33,787 nt of DNA from contig MU271664.1 of assembly GCA_021432655.1 (NCBI GenBank), positions 1-33,787 on the forward strand. The letters run 5' to 3'. Numbering within the stretch: the stretch's first letter is position 1; every line of letters begins with the position of its first letter. This stretch comes from Atractiella rhizophila. Its lineage: Eukaryota. Shown in pieces: positions 1 to 11,111 of the stretch. Below the pieces are notes generated by a model. That model worked only from the letters and a program-made list of their open reading frames with translations. It had not been told where the DNA came from and did no database searches. Made by a program: the position numbers and the translations under genes.

Positions 1-154
1 AAACTATTGAAGGATCGTAAGTGTTAACTCAAACTAAGACAGAGTTTCTAACAGAACCAGGGCAGAAAACCAAATTGATCAGTTATGTTTAGTGTTTAGG
101 CTTCGGAATACAGATCCTAGGGATGAAAGAGAAGAAACGAAATCAGAACCTTGA
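1..154 (+). other. Possible 3' fragment of a gene entering from outside the window
   Basis: Well-formed intron at 17-60 (GTAAGT...CTAAC...CAG). One spliced frame reads TIEGSAENQIDQLCLVFRLRNTDPRDEREETKSEP to TGA at 152-154. The frame and product cannot be fixed. Confidence 0.25.
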
Positions 155-522
155 TCTGAATATGACCCATGGCTTTACAGCGAGAGTGACGAACAAAGAG
201 GAAGAGGGTGGGTGGTGTTGAATTTCGCAAATTCGATTCGGACAATTTATACATTGCAATCTTGGAGAGTGCATTGTGCATAGAGGTGAAGGAAGAGAAA
301 GACTCGAAGCATGAGGACTGCAACCCAAATATATCCACCTATGGTCTGCGGGAAGACCAACACTCTGCTCGGAAATCAGGCAGCATTGCCAGAGTGGTTC
401 GATTTGATCCTGAACTGAAGGATGCAGAGAAAACAGAGGTGGAAGACAATGGATTGCGCCGTTTATATTCCCATTTTGGCTCGTGAGAGCTGTTCCTCCT
501 TCCCAAGCAAAGACTCCTATCG

Positions 523-1851
523 TTACTGATTATGTTCCATCAACAACCGGACCTGCAACTCCCTGTACCCCATGAGCTTGATCTTGGTCTCCTTTATCAT
601 GTCTCCCAGCTTCGTCAGTGGATTCTCCGTCACCACAAGCTCTCGACAGATGTTTTTCCCCAATGCCACAACATGCAAGGTCTTCCATCTCCCTCTCCGC
701 CTTTGGTCCAAAATTTTATCAAAAAAATACATAGCCATGTCGTAATAACTTTCAAAACGCGGGTCGACCATGATCCCATAAGAGGCGAATCGGCTTTGCT
801 CCCAAATGAACGCGTTGACTGGCGAGAGAGAGAAGTATGAGAGGATTCGAGCGGTTTCCATTTTGGGGTCGAAGGGAAAAGGGTTGATGAGTTCCAACTC
901 TTCAAGCTGTGGAAGAAGACTAGGCGCATCAAGAGCTTCGTAATGTCGAACAAACTCGGCTTCCTCCATAGTTTCGTCGTAATCGTCGGGGTCAACATTG
1001 ATGGGACCATAGATGTGAAGTCGTCTCAAACCTTTCCCGTTAATACGGAGACACCTGTCGAGGGAGACAAAGGAATGAAATCCGTCCCTGGATTCATTTG
1101 AGAGCGCGAGAAAGGAAAGATGGGGGAAAGGCAGAGGCAATGGAGGAAGGGAAGTGAGTCCGATACAGAGAGCGACGACGCAATTGATTGGAGGATATGA
1201 GGGAATGGAATGAAAAAACTTCGATTCGTAGAAAGACACCCTGAAATCAAGGACGATGTCCTCTCTCCGTGCGAGGAGTAGGTCATAAAATGTCGAAAAG
1301 ACCGAAAATTCGTTGACCTTCTCTCCAAAATTGCATTCGCATTGTATCAGATCTCTCAGCCCAATTGAAATTTTCTCCAGTGCCATATCCATATATTTGA
1401 TCCTCTCCACTAGTTGTGCACAATATTGCAAAACGTTTTTCGCATGACCCGGACCGGAAACTCGTCGTGGACACGAGCAGCTCTCAACCAGACTAGAGTC
1501 GATGTCGATATGGAATTTGATGTGCTCTATCCTTTTCCGGAATGGTTCTGGAAAGTAGTCGAAGCTCTTCGGCTCGGTTTTGCCTTTTGGGAAGCACCGG
1601 GGTCGCGAGATGTCCAGAGTGTGGAAGATGAAAGGGCTGACCATCGCGCGTGTTTCACGATCGCATACGCTGAAAGATATCAGATCCAAGATTCTCGGTT
1701 TACTGCTAGAGGCTAGGAAAGAGACGACAATGATGCGCAGCTCAACTGGAAGACCATGCCAGTTGAAAGAGGTGAGATTAGAGGGAAGGAGGGAGGTGTC
1801 GTCGGCCATATCTCCGTTCACGTCGTATGATTTGCCTTGATCTTCAAGCAT
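523..1851 (-). CDS. F-box-like protein with a probable LRR-like C-terminal region, intronless
   Basis: Long ORF 523-1986; first ATG at 1851. N-terminal WHGLPVELRIIVVSFL...LISFSVCDRETRAMVSPFIFHTL fits the fungal F-box pattern. Later LxxLxL segments (FPHLSFLAL, LRRLHI, LPQLEELEL). The true start is uncertain. Confidence 0.7.
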   Translation of the reverse strand: MLEDQGKSYDVNGDMADDTSLLPSNLTSFNWHGLPVELRIIVVSFLASSSKPRILDLISFSVCDRETRAMVSPFIFHTLDISRPRCFPKGKTEPKSFDYFPEPFRKRIEHIKFHIDIDSSLVESCSCPRRVSGPGHAKNVLQYCAQLVERIKYMDMALEKISIGLRDLIQCECNFGEKVNEFSVFSTFYDLLLARREDIVLDFRVSFYESKFFHSIPSYPPINCVVALCIGLTSLPPLPLPFPHLSFLALSNESRDGFHSFVSLDRCLRINGKGLRRLHIYGPINVDPDDYDETMEEAEFVRHYEALDAPSLLPQLEELELINPFPFDPKMETARILSYFSLSPVNAFIWEQSRFASYGIMVDPRFESYYDMAMYFFDKILDQRRRGRWKTLHVVALGKNICRELVVTENPLTKLGDMIKETKIKLMGYRELQVRLLMEHNQ

Positions 1852-2322
1852 AGAGTTAAGAGTAGTGTCTACGTGGTCCAATGATATCTGAGAACTGGTT
1901 GTATGCTCGCCTGAATCGCCTGGAAAATTAAGAATCAGTTGCAAGTAATGCGAGAGAACCCAAAACCGTGCGGTATTGGTACACACAGCAAAGTATACTC
2001 TGAAAATCTTTGGAGATACCTATAGAGTTGAGTTTTCAACGACTGCTAGTGCTCTGACGCTTCTCGCAATGTCATCTGCAAATTATCACATGACCAGTTT
2101 TTGTTACGTAAGTTGTCACTAATTGTCATCATGTCCAACCCCACAAGTATAGATCAAAGTCGACAGCGTGCACAACTGTTAGCTCAGCAGTTATCTTATC
2201 ACTGATGACACACCTAGTCCTTTAATATTAATATTCATTCCCCGTTCCCTTTGAGGTTCAGGTCCGGTTACTTCCACAGGGTTACTTCGGCTCAAGAGAG
2301 GGAGCGGTACCCGAGCCAACTG

Positions 2323-2332
2323 TAATATAAAA
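2323..2332 (+). promoter_or_regulatory. Putative TATA element of the ABM-domain gene
   Basis: TATAAAA about 50 nt upstream of the ATG at 2383; supported by motif and position only. Confidence 0.3.
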
Positions 2333-2382
2333 GTTAACACTTCACTTCTTTGGGGTCACTCAAAACAAACAAAATTAGCATT

Positions 2383-2850
2383 ATGGTATTGTGCGCTCTC
2401 CATTATTTACTGAAGAACTGTTTTGATTTTGTCCCAGCGTTGTAGTCGCTACACTTCGCGCTTCGTCACAGGACAATGTAGACAAAATCAAATCGCTCCT
2501 TCTCGTCGCTGCTGAGATGTATGAGAAAGATCGTGAGACTATTGCGTGGCACTGTCTACAGGACGCTAAGGTGTGGCTGTCGATTGTTTCTTCACTTGGA
2601 AGAATGGTGCTGAAAGGAAATGCAAGGATCCGCTGAAGTTCACTATCGTCGAACGTTACCAAAACGGCACCACAGCGCTCAAAGAGCACACTTCAAACCC
2701 CATGTTCAAGAGATTCAAGTTCGTTTTTATTGTCTCCAATAAAGCCGGTATCATTTCTCACGACGTTCCGGGGGAGAAAGTAAGGAAATCCGGTCGTTGG
2801 TTGAAGGTGGTGTCAAGTTGGAGATGCTTGACGAGCTGTCGAAGCTGTAG
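2383..2850 (+). CDS. Small ABM/Dabb (antibiotic biosynthesis monooxygenase-like) domain protein, 100 aa, C-terminal SKL
   Basis: Exons 2383-2390, 2438-2570, 2627-2718 and 2781-2850 (303 nt) splice to MVFVVVATLRASSQDNVDKIKSLLLVAAEMYEKDRETIAWHCLQDAKDPLKFTIVERYQNGTTALKEHTSNPMFKRFNKEIRSLVEGGVKLEMLDELSKL*. The KDxETxxW...QD..DP..FTIVERY...H..NP.F pattern is typical of small fungal ABM proteins. Confidence 0.85.
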
Positions 2851-2992
2851 TTGCGAATGCACTTCATCTTTGCAATGCATCTTGTTCGATAAAATCACCT
2901 GGCAATTACAGCGCAGAGCTCCTTGGACCGCAGTCCGAAGCACCGTTGCGACATACGACCGAGTTTCTCTCAAGCCGACTGAGGGATTTATC

Positions 2993-4982
2993 ATGCGTTT
3001 CAATCTGCATTCTGGTATCTTCCTAGCAGTTACCGTTGCCCTCCAAGTCCCCTTCCACTTTCCTGCCCAATCGAACTCACGGCCCCGCCTCGCTCATTCC
3101 GATGCAGCTCACCTCTTTTCCTCCGTACACTCCCTCCTGTCACAGTTGGGAAACACGCTCTACTCATCTGGACATTTCATCGTCCCCGGTGTAGTCCCGC
3201 GAGGGACTGTCCTGTTTCATGCTCGGAAAGACCTTTCGATTCCGAAGACCTTTGAATGGCTCGCCTTTGATGCGGAAATGTCTTATGGCATTATGGCAGG
3301 ATTTGGAGAGGCTTATATGGTGTCTTATGTCGCGCAGAGGGACTTAAAAATCATCTACTTCGATGGTTTGAGTGCGAGTCTGGGGACGAGAGGATGGCAG
3401 GACAGCCAGGATGTTCTGGTCTATGGACGGGTTAGAAATGAGAGCGAGAGATTTCCTTGGGGCAGAAGTAAGCCGAAGGATGGAAAAGATGGCTCCGTAA
3501 TGGAAGAGAAGCAAGAGGGAGGAGATGATGATGAGGGAACGACCGACCCGAGAGGACCGTGGTTCGATCCATTTGGCGAGTACGCGATGGCAAAAAGCTT
3601 GTGCGATTTGGGGAAGGAATGGGGATTTGAAGGCGTGGTCAGGTATGCGCAGAATCTCACAGAGAGGTGAAGTTGTGCTAATTTGGAACAGGACAAATGC
3701 TGGCTTTGAACTCTTGTGGTGTGACTTCACCAATGGGATCAGGTCTGTCCCCCTTACCGCTGAACCAAAAGATGGTCTCATTAGCTTAATTCAATAGACT
3801 GCTTTCCCAAACAAATATCACCGATCCTTCTCTCAACTCCCAACCTTTCAACTTTCCGTTCCCTCCGCGACACGATGAACCCCAAACAGTTCCACCTGCA
3901 GATGGTGACTCCGATTCTTCCCCCGAACACCCAGAGCGCCTCAGGCGACCAAATCGGCCAGAACGTTATGGGCCTTACGGTCCTAGATGGCCTCTCAAAC
4001 GCTCCGCCTTCTCTTCTTTGGCACATCTACAGTGGGCACGGTCTTCATCGTGGCATCTTTTGGCGCCAGGTGAACATCGTGTTCAACTTGCACTGCCCTA
4101 CGCGGTCACATTTTATGATCCTATGTTTCCTTCTTTATCGAAGTCAAGAATAGGAAAGGAAAGATGGCAGTTTACGCTAGCCGCACTAACTCCAGAGGAA
4201 GGGAAGGAGGTATCGAAACTGTTGCAAGAGAACTTGAAATCCTGGAACACAGGAGGAAGAAGAAGGGACGCAGTGGATTGGAGGGCGATTACGCAGACTG
4301 TGGTCCAACGCTTTGAAGGCGGATTAAAAGGCGTTGAATACGCTCTTAGGAACAAGGCTGTGGATGAAGCTGTAGCTATAGCGTATCATCTAGTCATGGC
4401 ATTCATCGATACGAGTGGCTGGCCAACTGTCGCGCAAATTCATCCAAACGACACTCACTGGTCCGGCAACACCGAGAAGGGAAATGAATGGGTGGAAGAC
4501 GCCTTACGCCTTTGCACTAGGGTCTACACGGATTTTGGAGAGAGTTGGGAAGGTGAAAGGACGGAACAACTTGTCAAAGATGCCGTGGAAGGTGCTCTTG
4601 GACAAATATGTCAGAATTGCATAGGGATCGTGCGCGAAGGTTATCAGTTCCTCAATGTGGACTCGAAATCAGGACAGGGACTGGAGTCTATAGACAAGCG
4701 GAAATCAATTTTTTTCTCAACATGGATCGAACAGGTCGCAAACCTACGAAGTTGGTTAGGGTGGATCGATTACGATGGCTGCAAAGGAGGGTGTGAACCA
4801 AATCAGTTTTGCGCTGTGGTGAGTCAATGCAATCTTATCATGCAAGTATTTTGTTCATGTGGTCCATCCAACAGCCTTTGTGGCCGATAACGTTTCAACC
4901 TCCAGAAGAAGGAGAAGAGCGACGACCCTCCCTCAAGGCTGAATGTATGGGAGATGCTAGGAAGCATGAACTTCGTCCATAA
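2993..4982 (+). CDS. Conserved fungal hypothetical protein, probably secreted
   Basis: ATG 2993 with a hydrophobic N-terminus (MRFNLHSGIFLAVTVALQ). Introns 3643-3691, 3743-3797 and ~4819-4874 join the ORFs in frame. Motifs HLFSSVHSLL..GN, VPRGTVLFH, EWLAFDAEMS, IIYFDGLSA, EGVVRTNAGFELLWCDF and the C-terminal LxxWLGW...C..GC.....C.VPLWP resemble a widespread uncharacterised fungal family. Confidence 0.75.
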
Positions 4983-6930
4983 AACTGACAGAAAACATGT
5001 CTCTTTGCGTTGTGTGTAGATTTGATTTGTGTGTCCAAGTGTACGCTTAATCTAGGTCGTAAAGCTGCAATATTCAATGACTTATATTAAGGAGAAAATC
5101 TCCAAGGGAATAATTTGCTTCAAGTCAAAGTTGTTCGTCCGCGAATAATCAATTTGGGATCAAGCATACATTAAAATAATTATCTCGCGAATTTATGTCC
5201 CGAGTTGATGCATACTTTCACGACTCTAGTTCACAATCCTCATTTCACTAGTAGCTTGTGTGAATTGATTGAGACACAATACCAGTAATATTCATTTTTT
5301 CATCGCAGAAGGATCAAGGTCTCAGTTCCCCCACGGCTTCAAGAAGGATTCGGAGAAGTCAGCTGACCACAAGTCTCCTTGACCGCTGCTTCCATTCAGT
5401 ATGTGACGGAAACGGAATGGATGAGAAGTGCATACCGTGAAAGAGATTTGTTAAGGGCATACCTGCTCACCCATGTTGATCAATTCTCGTCCCCTCCCAC
5501 ATTTCTCTGCCAATCTTTCAGCCACTTCATTTTCTTTTGCTTCCCCCCGCTCCTCCCTGACAGCTGAGGATGTTTGCCAGAACTGCCTCCGCCTTTCAGT
5601 CCAGCCCCATCTGTATCGTACACCTGTTCCCTTGTGCGCTGTACAGGGCTTCAAAGGCGGGTCAACTTTCGGCGGCTTCTGTACTTACCACCGGCAGACA
5701 CTGCTGCCATGATACGAGAGAATGAAACTGTGGTTCGATCCTTCTCGCGAGCTAAGCTGTCAGTTCCAATGACAAGTCGCTTCGCCGACCGACGAGAGTG
5801 AAGGACTGGTATGAATGCGGTTAATGTTTCACCTGGTTTATCCACCCGAAAAGCAGGTGTCCAACGATGAAAGAAAGTCGTTTGCCTTGTCCACACAAAG
5901 TACTTGAACCGAATATAGCGAGAATGTAGCCACTTAAGACATTTATATACATCACAACCTCAAGGCTGCCTCAGGACTCAATAAATGAGTTATCTTCCCT
6001 CGGGATGTCTGACGGTATGTTGTGGATGACAGTGCTTATGGTAAAGAGAAGTTCCCGTGCTTGCGTTGGATTAGGAATGGAGGGCACGTTGACAAAGGTT
6101 CGAAAGGACACATGACGAGAAAGGGATGAGCGAAAATTTGGTCAAAGAGTGTCGCTGACTAGCCTGGCTATTCTCAACCGAGTTAGTAGATTTCTCCATT
6201 TCTCCTCCAGCAAAGGTCATCACCGCCAATATAGATCTCTTCTGCTAAGCAATAAAGTCTCTACTGCAGAGAAAGGGTCATTTGTACAACAAATATTCCT
6301 TGACTGTAACAGACAAAGAGGGAAGAATGGCTGGCTACACCAAACGGTGCGCCTAAGAGGTTATTGGGAAGATGTCATGCTATCAGTCTACATTGTCCAC
6401 CTACGGCATAATGATGCGCCATGCAGACTGTTGCAGACAATTGGTCGGCTCAATCACGGCTAACTTCATTTCATGGGCAACGATCTCCCTTACAGACTTT
6501 CGCTGGCCCGAGTGAATTGCTACGCTACGCCGTGTCACACTCAAACCGCAGAATTGTAACATCCTCTGCAAATCGACAAACTCACTTGGTGCTCTTGCAA
6601 AATTACATGTATGGACGCCTTATCACCTTCAAAACTTCCAGCACTCCGTCTAGCAACATGATGATATGACTGCCTGATGCTACACCTGATACCACCAACG
6701 TGCCAGCAAGATATCGGAGGAGCTAGGGACGGATCGCTGACTAGTGACCGTTTCAAAATCGTTTCTGGCTGCGTTTCTGCCTCTTTCTGAGGTCTCGTCG
6801 ATTTTTTTGAGGCTTTGGATTCAAAAAGGAGTGGTTGAGTACTTGAGTGATTACATCATAGGCACGTGGTTAATTTTGGTCACTCGAAAGTCGTGTCAGT
6901 CTCTCTCCCTTTGGCTGGGACTCGCCAGAT

Positions 6931-6937
6931 TATAAAA
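6931..6937 (+). promoter_or_regulatory. Putative TATA box of the HAD phosphatase gene
   Basis: TATAAAA about 120 nt upstream of the ATG at 7050; motif only. Confidence 0.3.
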
Positions 6938-7049
6938 GGGCCTCTTCGAGGTTCGCGTATTCATCCCCACAACACTCAATTAATATCGTCATATAATCTG
7001 ACTCTCGTTCTGTGATAGATTTCACTTTTAGACTTCTAGATATAACAAG

Positions 7050-8225
7050 ATGGCGAGAGACTCGGTACTCAGCAGAGCCCAGGAAGCGCTCGATGCGAAG
7101 GGAGCAAAGGAAGTTTTGGATCTTCATGGATTGCCTTACAAAGATGCCAAATTCATCGTCTTCTCTGATTTCGATGGTTCGTATCTATTTGGTCACTCTA
7201 ATAGTTAACTCACACGGGTGTGTGATGGAATCAGGAACTATCACGACTGAAGACTCAAATGACCATCTCACCGACAACTTGGGAATGGGTGTCACACGGC
7301 GAAAAGCAATCGGCGCTGACATTCTTTCCGGCAAGACTACATTCCGAGATGGATTCAGGGAGGAGCTTGCAAGCGTTGCTACCAAATACTCTGTCGAAGA
7401 GTGTCGGCAGCGCGTAGTTTCTCGTGTGTATTTTCCTAGTGGTACAAGGGGATCAGTTGTTGAGAGTATTGTCAAGACATCAAGCTCGATCAGGGATTTA
7501 AGAGCTTCCACGAATACTGTGAATCGGAAAACGTCCCTGTGGTCGTTGTATCTGGGTTCGTTTCCTCTGCCTCTCTTCAAGGGGAAGTTTGGCTCATTGC
7601 AGCACGATGGGCAGTGGAATGGAGCCCTTTATCCGTGCCGAACTCGCCAACCTCTTTCCCGAAAAATCCTCTTCAATCCCAGTCATTTCGAACAACATCG
7701 ATTACGGCTCAAAAGGTACTGGAGAGAAGGGAACTTGGAGTATCAAATACCGGTTAGTCATTATGTTCCTTTCCAAGAATCAAGGCTCACTGTTTAATAG
7801 TCATCCTGAAACGGGCTACGGTCACGACAAGTCCCTTGCAACCAAGCCGTACAAGGAGCTGAGGGAGAAAACTGGGAAGGGTCCATTCATGTTCTTCTGC
7901 GGAGATGGCGTTAGTGATCTCAGCGCTGGTGTGTTTCCTCCTCCTGCGCTGAGAACGCTCTGTTGAATGGAACGCTGGTAGCTCGAGCAGCAGACGTCCT
8001 ATTCGTCAAAGTTGTGAGCGGAGGAACGAACGACCTTTCGGTCCACTGTCAGAAGGAGGGGATCGATTATATCCCGTACGAATTCTCCGTTTTCCACCCC
8101 ACAGACAATTCATATGACGGAGGGGCAGGTTTGAGGACTTCAGCCAAGTCGAAGTTGTGGTCAGAGAGTACTTGGAAGGGAAGAGGCGGTTACCCAATAC
8201 ACTATCCACCCAACTAAAGAACTGA
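7050..8225 (+). CDS. PYP1: HAD-superfamily phosphatase, MtnX-like / polyol phosphate phosphatase (yeast YNL010W-like)
   Basis: Six introns, the first at 7177-7234. Splicing restores HAD motif I FSDFDGTITTEDSNDHLTDNLG, motif II VVVSGGM, motif III GHDKS and motif IV FCGDGVSDLSAA..ADVLF. Ends ...STQLKN* at 8223-8225. Confidence 0.85.
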
Positions 8226-8575
8226 AAGGATCTCATGCAGAGTGAGGATCCAGACATGCAAAATAGATGTAAAATAGATATAGATGTGTATATTCACTAA
8301 CACATTCCCTTCATTGGCTATGCTCATTGCTGGAAATTTGCTGCGTTATACGTAGCTGCAGATGCTTCAGTACTAATATAATAGTAGCCGAAAGGAATCT
8401 CCCACTGACGTAGGGCAATCTATCCGCCACCGTCGAGTGGTCAGTGATTCAGAGCAGGTGACTCACCTCAGAATTCGTCGATTGATTCTTTCTTGCCATC
8501 CTCGTTTTTGGCCTTGCAAACAGGAGATCGAGCAATTTTCATCCTTGAGAAAGACTACGTAGACAATACTATCGT

Positions 8576-8630
8576 GTATGTACCCTTGCCGTCTTTATGA
8601 ATCCGATGGCTGAGCTTTTGGCACTCCCAG
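8576..8630 (+). other. Probable 5'-UTR intron of the eIF2-gamma gene
   Basis: GTATGT donor, GCTGAG branch-like motif, CCCAG acceptor, 55 nt, ending 27 nt before the ATG. The upstream exon has an in-frame TGA, so it is not coding with this donor. Confidence 0.55.
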
Positions 8631-8657
8631 TCTTCCACTAGTCAAAGCAAAACCAAC

Positions 8658-10807
8658 ATGAGCGACGCTGAAGCAGGGAGCTCCCGCTCCGCCTCTCCTA
8701 TCCCTACCAATCCCAACAACCCGACATCTATTCTCAAGAAGAATAACCCCTTCTCATCCCCCAAACCAGCGTCATCTGGACGAAAAAAGGCAAACGGGAA
8801 GAGTGTCCAGATCGAGTCTGGAAAGAAGGATGAGGAAGAAAGTGAGGAGGAAGAAGAAGATCTGAAGGAGGTAGAGGTTGATTTGAAGAGCTTGACAGCT
8901 ACTAGTGAAGAAGTTATTAGGAATCAGGCCACAATCAATATTGGTACGTTTGTTTGAAAGGTCTGTCAGATTAGGAAGGAGGGATATTGAGGAAAGTGCT
9001 TTGATGGTAAAGGGACCATCGGTCATGTCGCTCACGGAAAGAGTACGGTCGTGAAAGCGATTTCAGGAGTCCAGACCGTGCGATTCAAGAATGAGCTGGA
9101 GCGGAACATCACCATCAAACTTGGATATGCAAACGCCAAAGTACGGCTTCCCGTCCTCTTTCTTTTCTCATTACCTACGTTCTCTTTTGTTTTCTTGCAG
9201 ATCTACAAGTGTCAGAACCCGGCATGCCCCCGCCCTCAATGCTACAAATCATACCCGTCCGATAAAGAGCTTGAACCGAACTGTGAGCGTGATGGATGTG
9301 GAGGAAAGATGAAGCTGTTACGGTATGCGCTCCTAGCTCCAACCGCGAGAAGAGGGTGGTGATTTGCTCGATGGCAGACATGTTTCTTTTGTGGATTGCC
9401 CTGGCCACGATATTCTCATGGCCACGATGTTGAACGGGGCCGCGGTGATGGATGCAGCACTGCTGTTAATCGCAGGTAACGAGTCCTGTCCCCAGCCTCA
9501 GGTCTGTGTATTCCCTTCTGCTTCCGCGATCAAACAATTGAACGGGATTGGTCTGTAGACATCAGAGCATTTGGCCGCTATCGAAATTATGCGATTGAAA
9601 GATATTATTGTTCTTCAAAACAAGGTTGATCTCATCAAAGAAGCTCAAGCCGCCACCCAGTATCAAAGTATCATCAACTTCGTTCGCGGCACAATTGCGA
9701 AGAAGGCGCCGATCATTCCGATCTCTGCTCAACTCAAGTATAACATCGAAGTCCTGAATGAGTATATCTGCACCAAGATCCCAGTGCCGATCAGGGACTT
9801 TGAAGCTGATCCAAAACTTATCGTCATCCGGTTAGTTTTTCCTCAGAACTAACGAGTGCTTGCGCACGCTCATACCTTCCTAATAGTTCTTTCGACGTCA
9901 ATAAACCTGGAGCAGAGGTGCGGGAGCTCAAAGGTGGCGTTGCAGGAGGGTCCTTATTGAAAGGGGTTCTGAAGGTGCGTTGTTTCTTCTCTTTCTCCAC
10001 CTCATTCCAAAGATGAAGCCTCAATTCCAATCATTTAGGTCGGTCAAATAATCGAAGTTCGACCTGGAGTCGTTTCCAAAGATAAAGAGGGAAAGATCGT
10101 CTGCAAACCTATCCGCTCACAGATCGTCTCCCTGCTCGCGGAGAAGAATGAGATGAAATTTGCCGTGCCAGGAGGGCTAATTGGAGTGGGAACGAGGATG
10201 GACCCGCAACTAACGAGATCCGACCGGTAGGTTTTCCACCATTTGGTATCACCACCTTGGGTCGCAAAAAAGCTAACGTATTCGATGTTGGATAAATGCA
10301 GACTCGTAGGTCAGGTCATGGGTCTTCCAGGCAGACTGCCCCAGATCTTCACGGAGATCGAAATTACTTACTTCTTGCTCACTCGTCTGGTCGGAGTTAA
10401 GACCGAGGGAGATGGGAAGAAGGCAAAGGTTCGTTAAACATTCACATCTTTACTTTTGTGTGGGAGAGCTAACATATTGCCTGGTTGATTGTAGGTTGGG
10501 AAGCTTACACCTGGAGAGATTCTCATGGTCAACATCGGATCAACCAGTGAAGGAGGGCGTGTGACAAGTGTAAAGGGGAGCTCTGCAAAAGTCCGTCAAT
10601 TTCAATCCTTCCATCAATACCTCAATATTCACGCTGCTGCAGATTTATCTCAATACTCCTGCCTGCACGGAGCTGAAGGAGAAAGTGGCGCTCTCAAGAA
10701 GAGTTGATAAACACTGGAGGTTGATTGGCTGGGGAGAGGTGGTTCGCGGGACTGTTTATGACCTCCCTAAAGATGATGCCCTTGCTACTCACGCAGATGA
10801 TGCCTAG
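8658..10807 (+). CDS. GCD11: Translation initiation factor eIF2 gamma subunit
   Basis: Nine coding-region introns. Contains [89 protein letters not shown] and [16 protein letters not shown]. Stop TAG at 10805-10807. Confidence 0.97.
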
Positions 10808-11111
10808 TCATTGTGCGCGTGTTCTTGTTTCCTTTGCATGATGTTGTAGCATAGTCTGCAGAGTTGAGAGAATAAAAGTCAATAGCTGATGTTGCCCAAC
10901 TACTATTGATGCAGAACTCACACAATGAAATAGCGGGCTGTGCCAAATGTATTTTAAGTTCCTTTTCAAATGATTGTCAGCGCGCTAACCTTATTTCACC
11001 CGCCATATAACCCGTCCGCCCTTTTTCCAGCCGTTTTTCCCCCCACTTTTCCGTCCACTTATTCACGCCAGCAGCTATTATTCTCCTTTGATCAACGTAC
11101 CGATAGCAGTC

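Noticed and set aside
2268..2290. Direct repeat GGTTACTTC x2 in the divergent F-box/ABM promoter
   Set aside because: Too short to distinguish from chance; no factor can be assigned.
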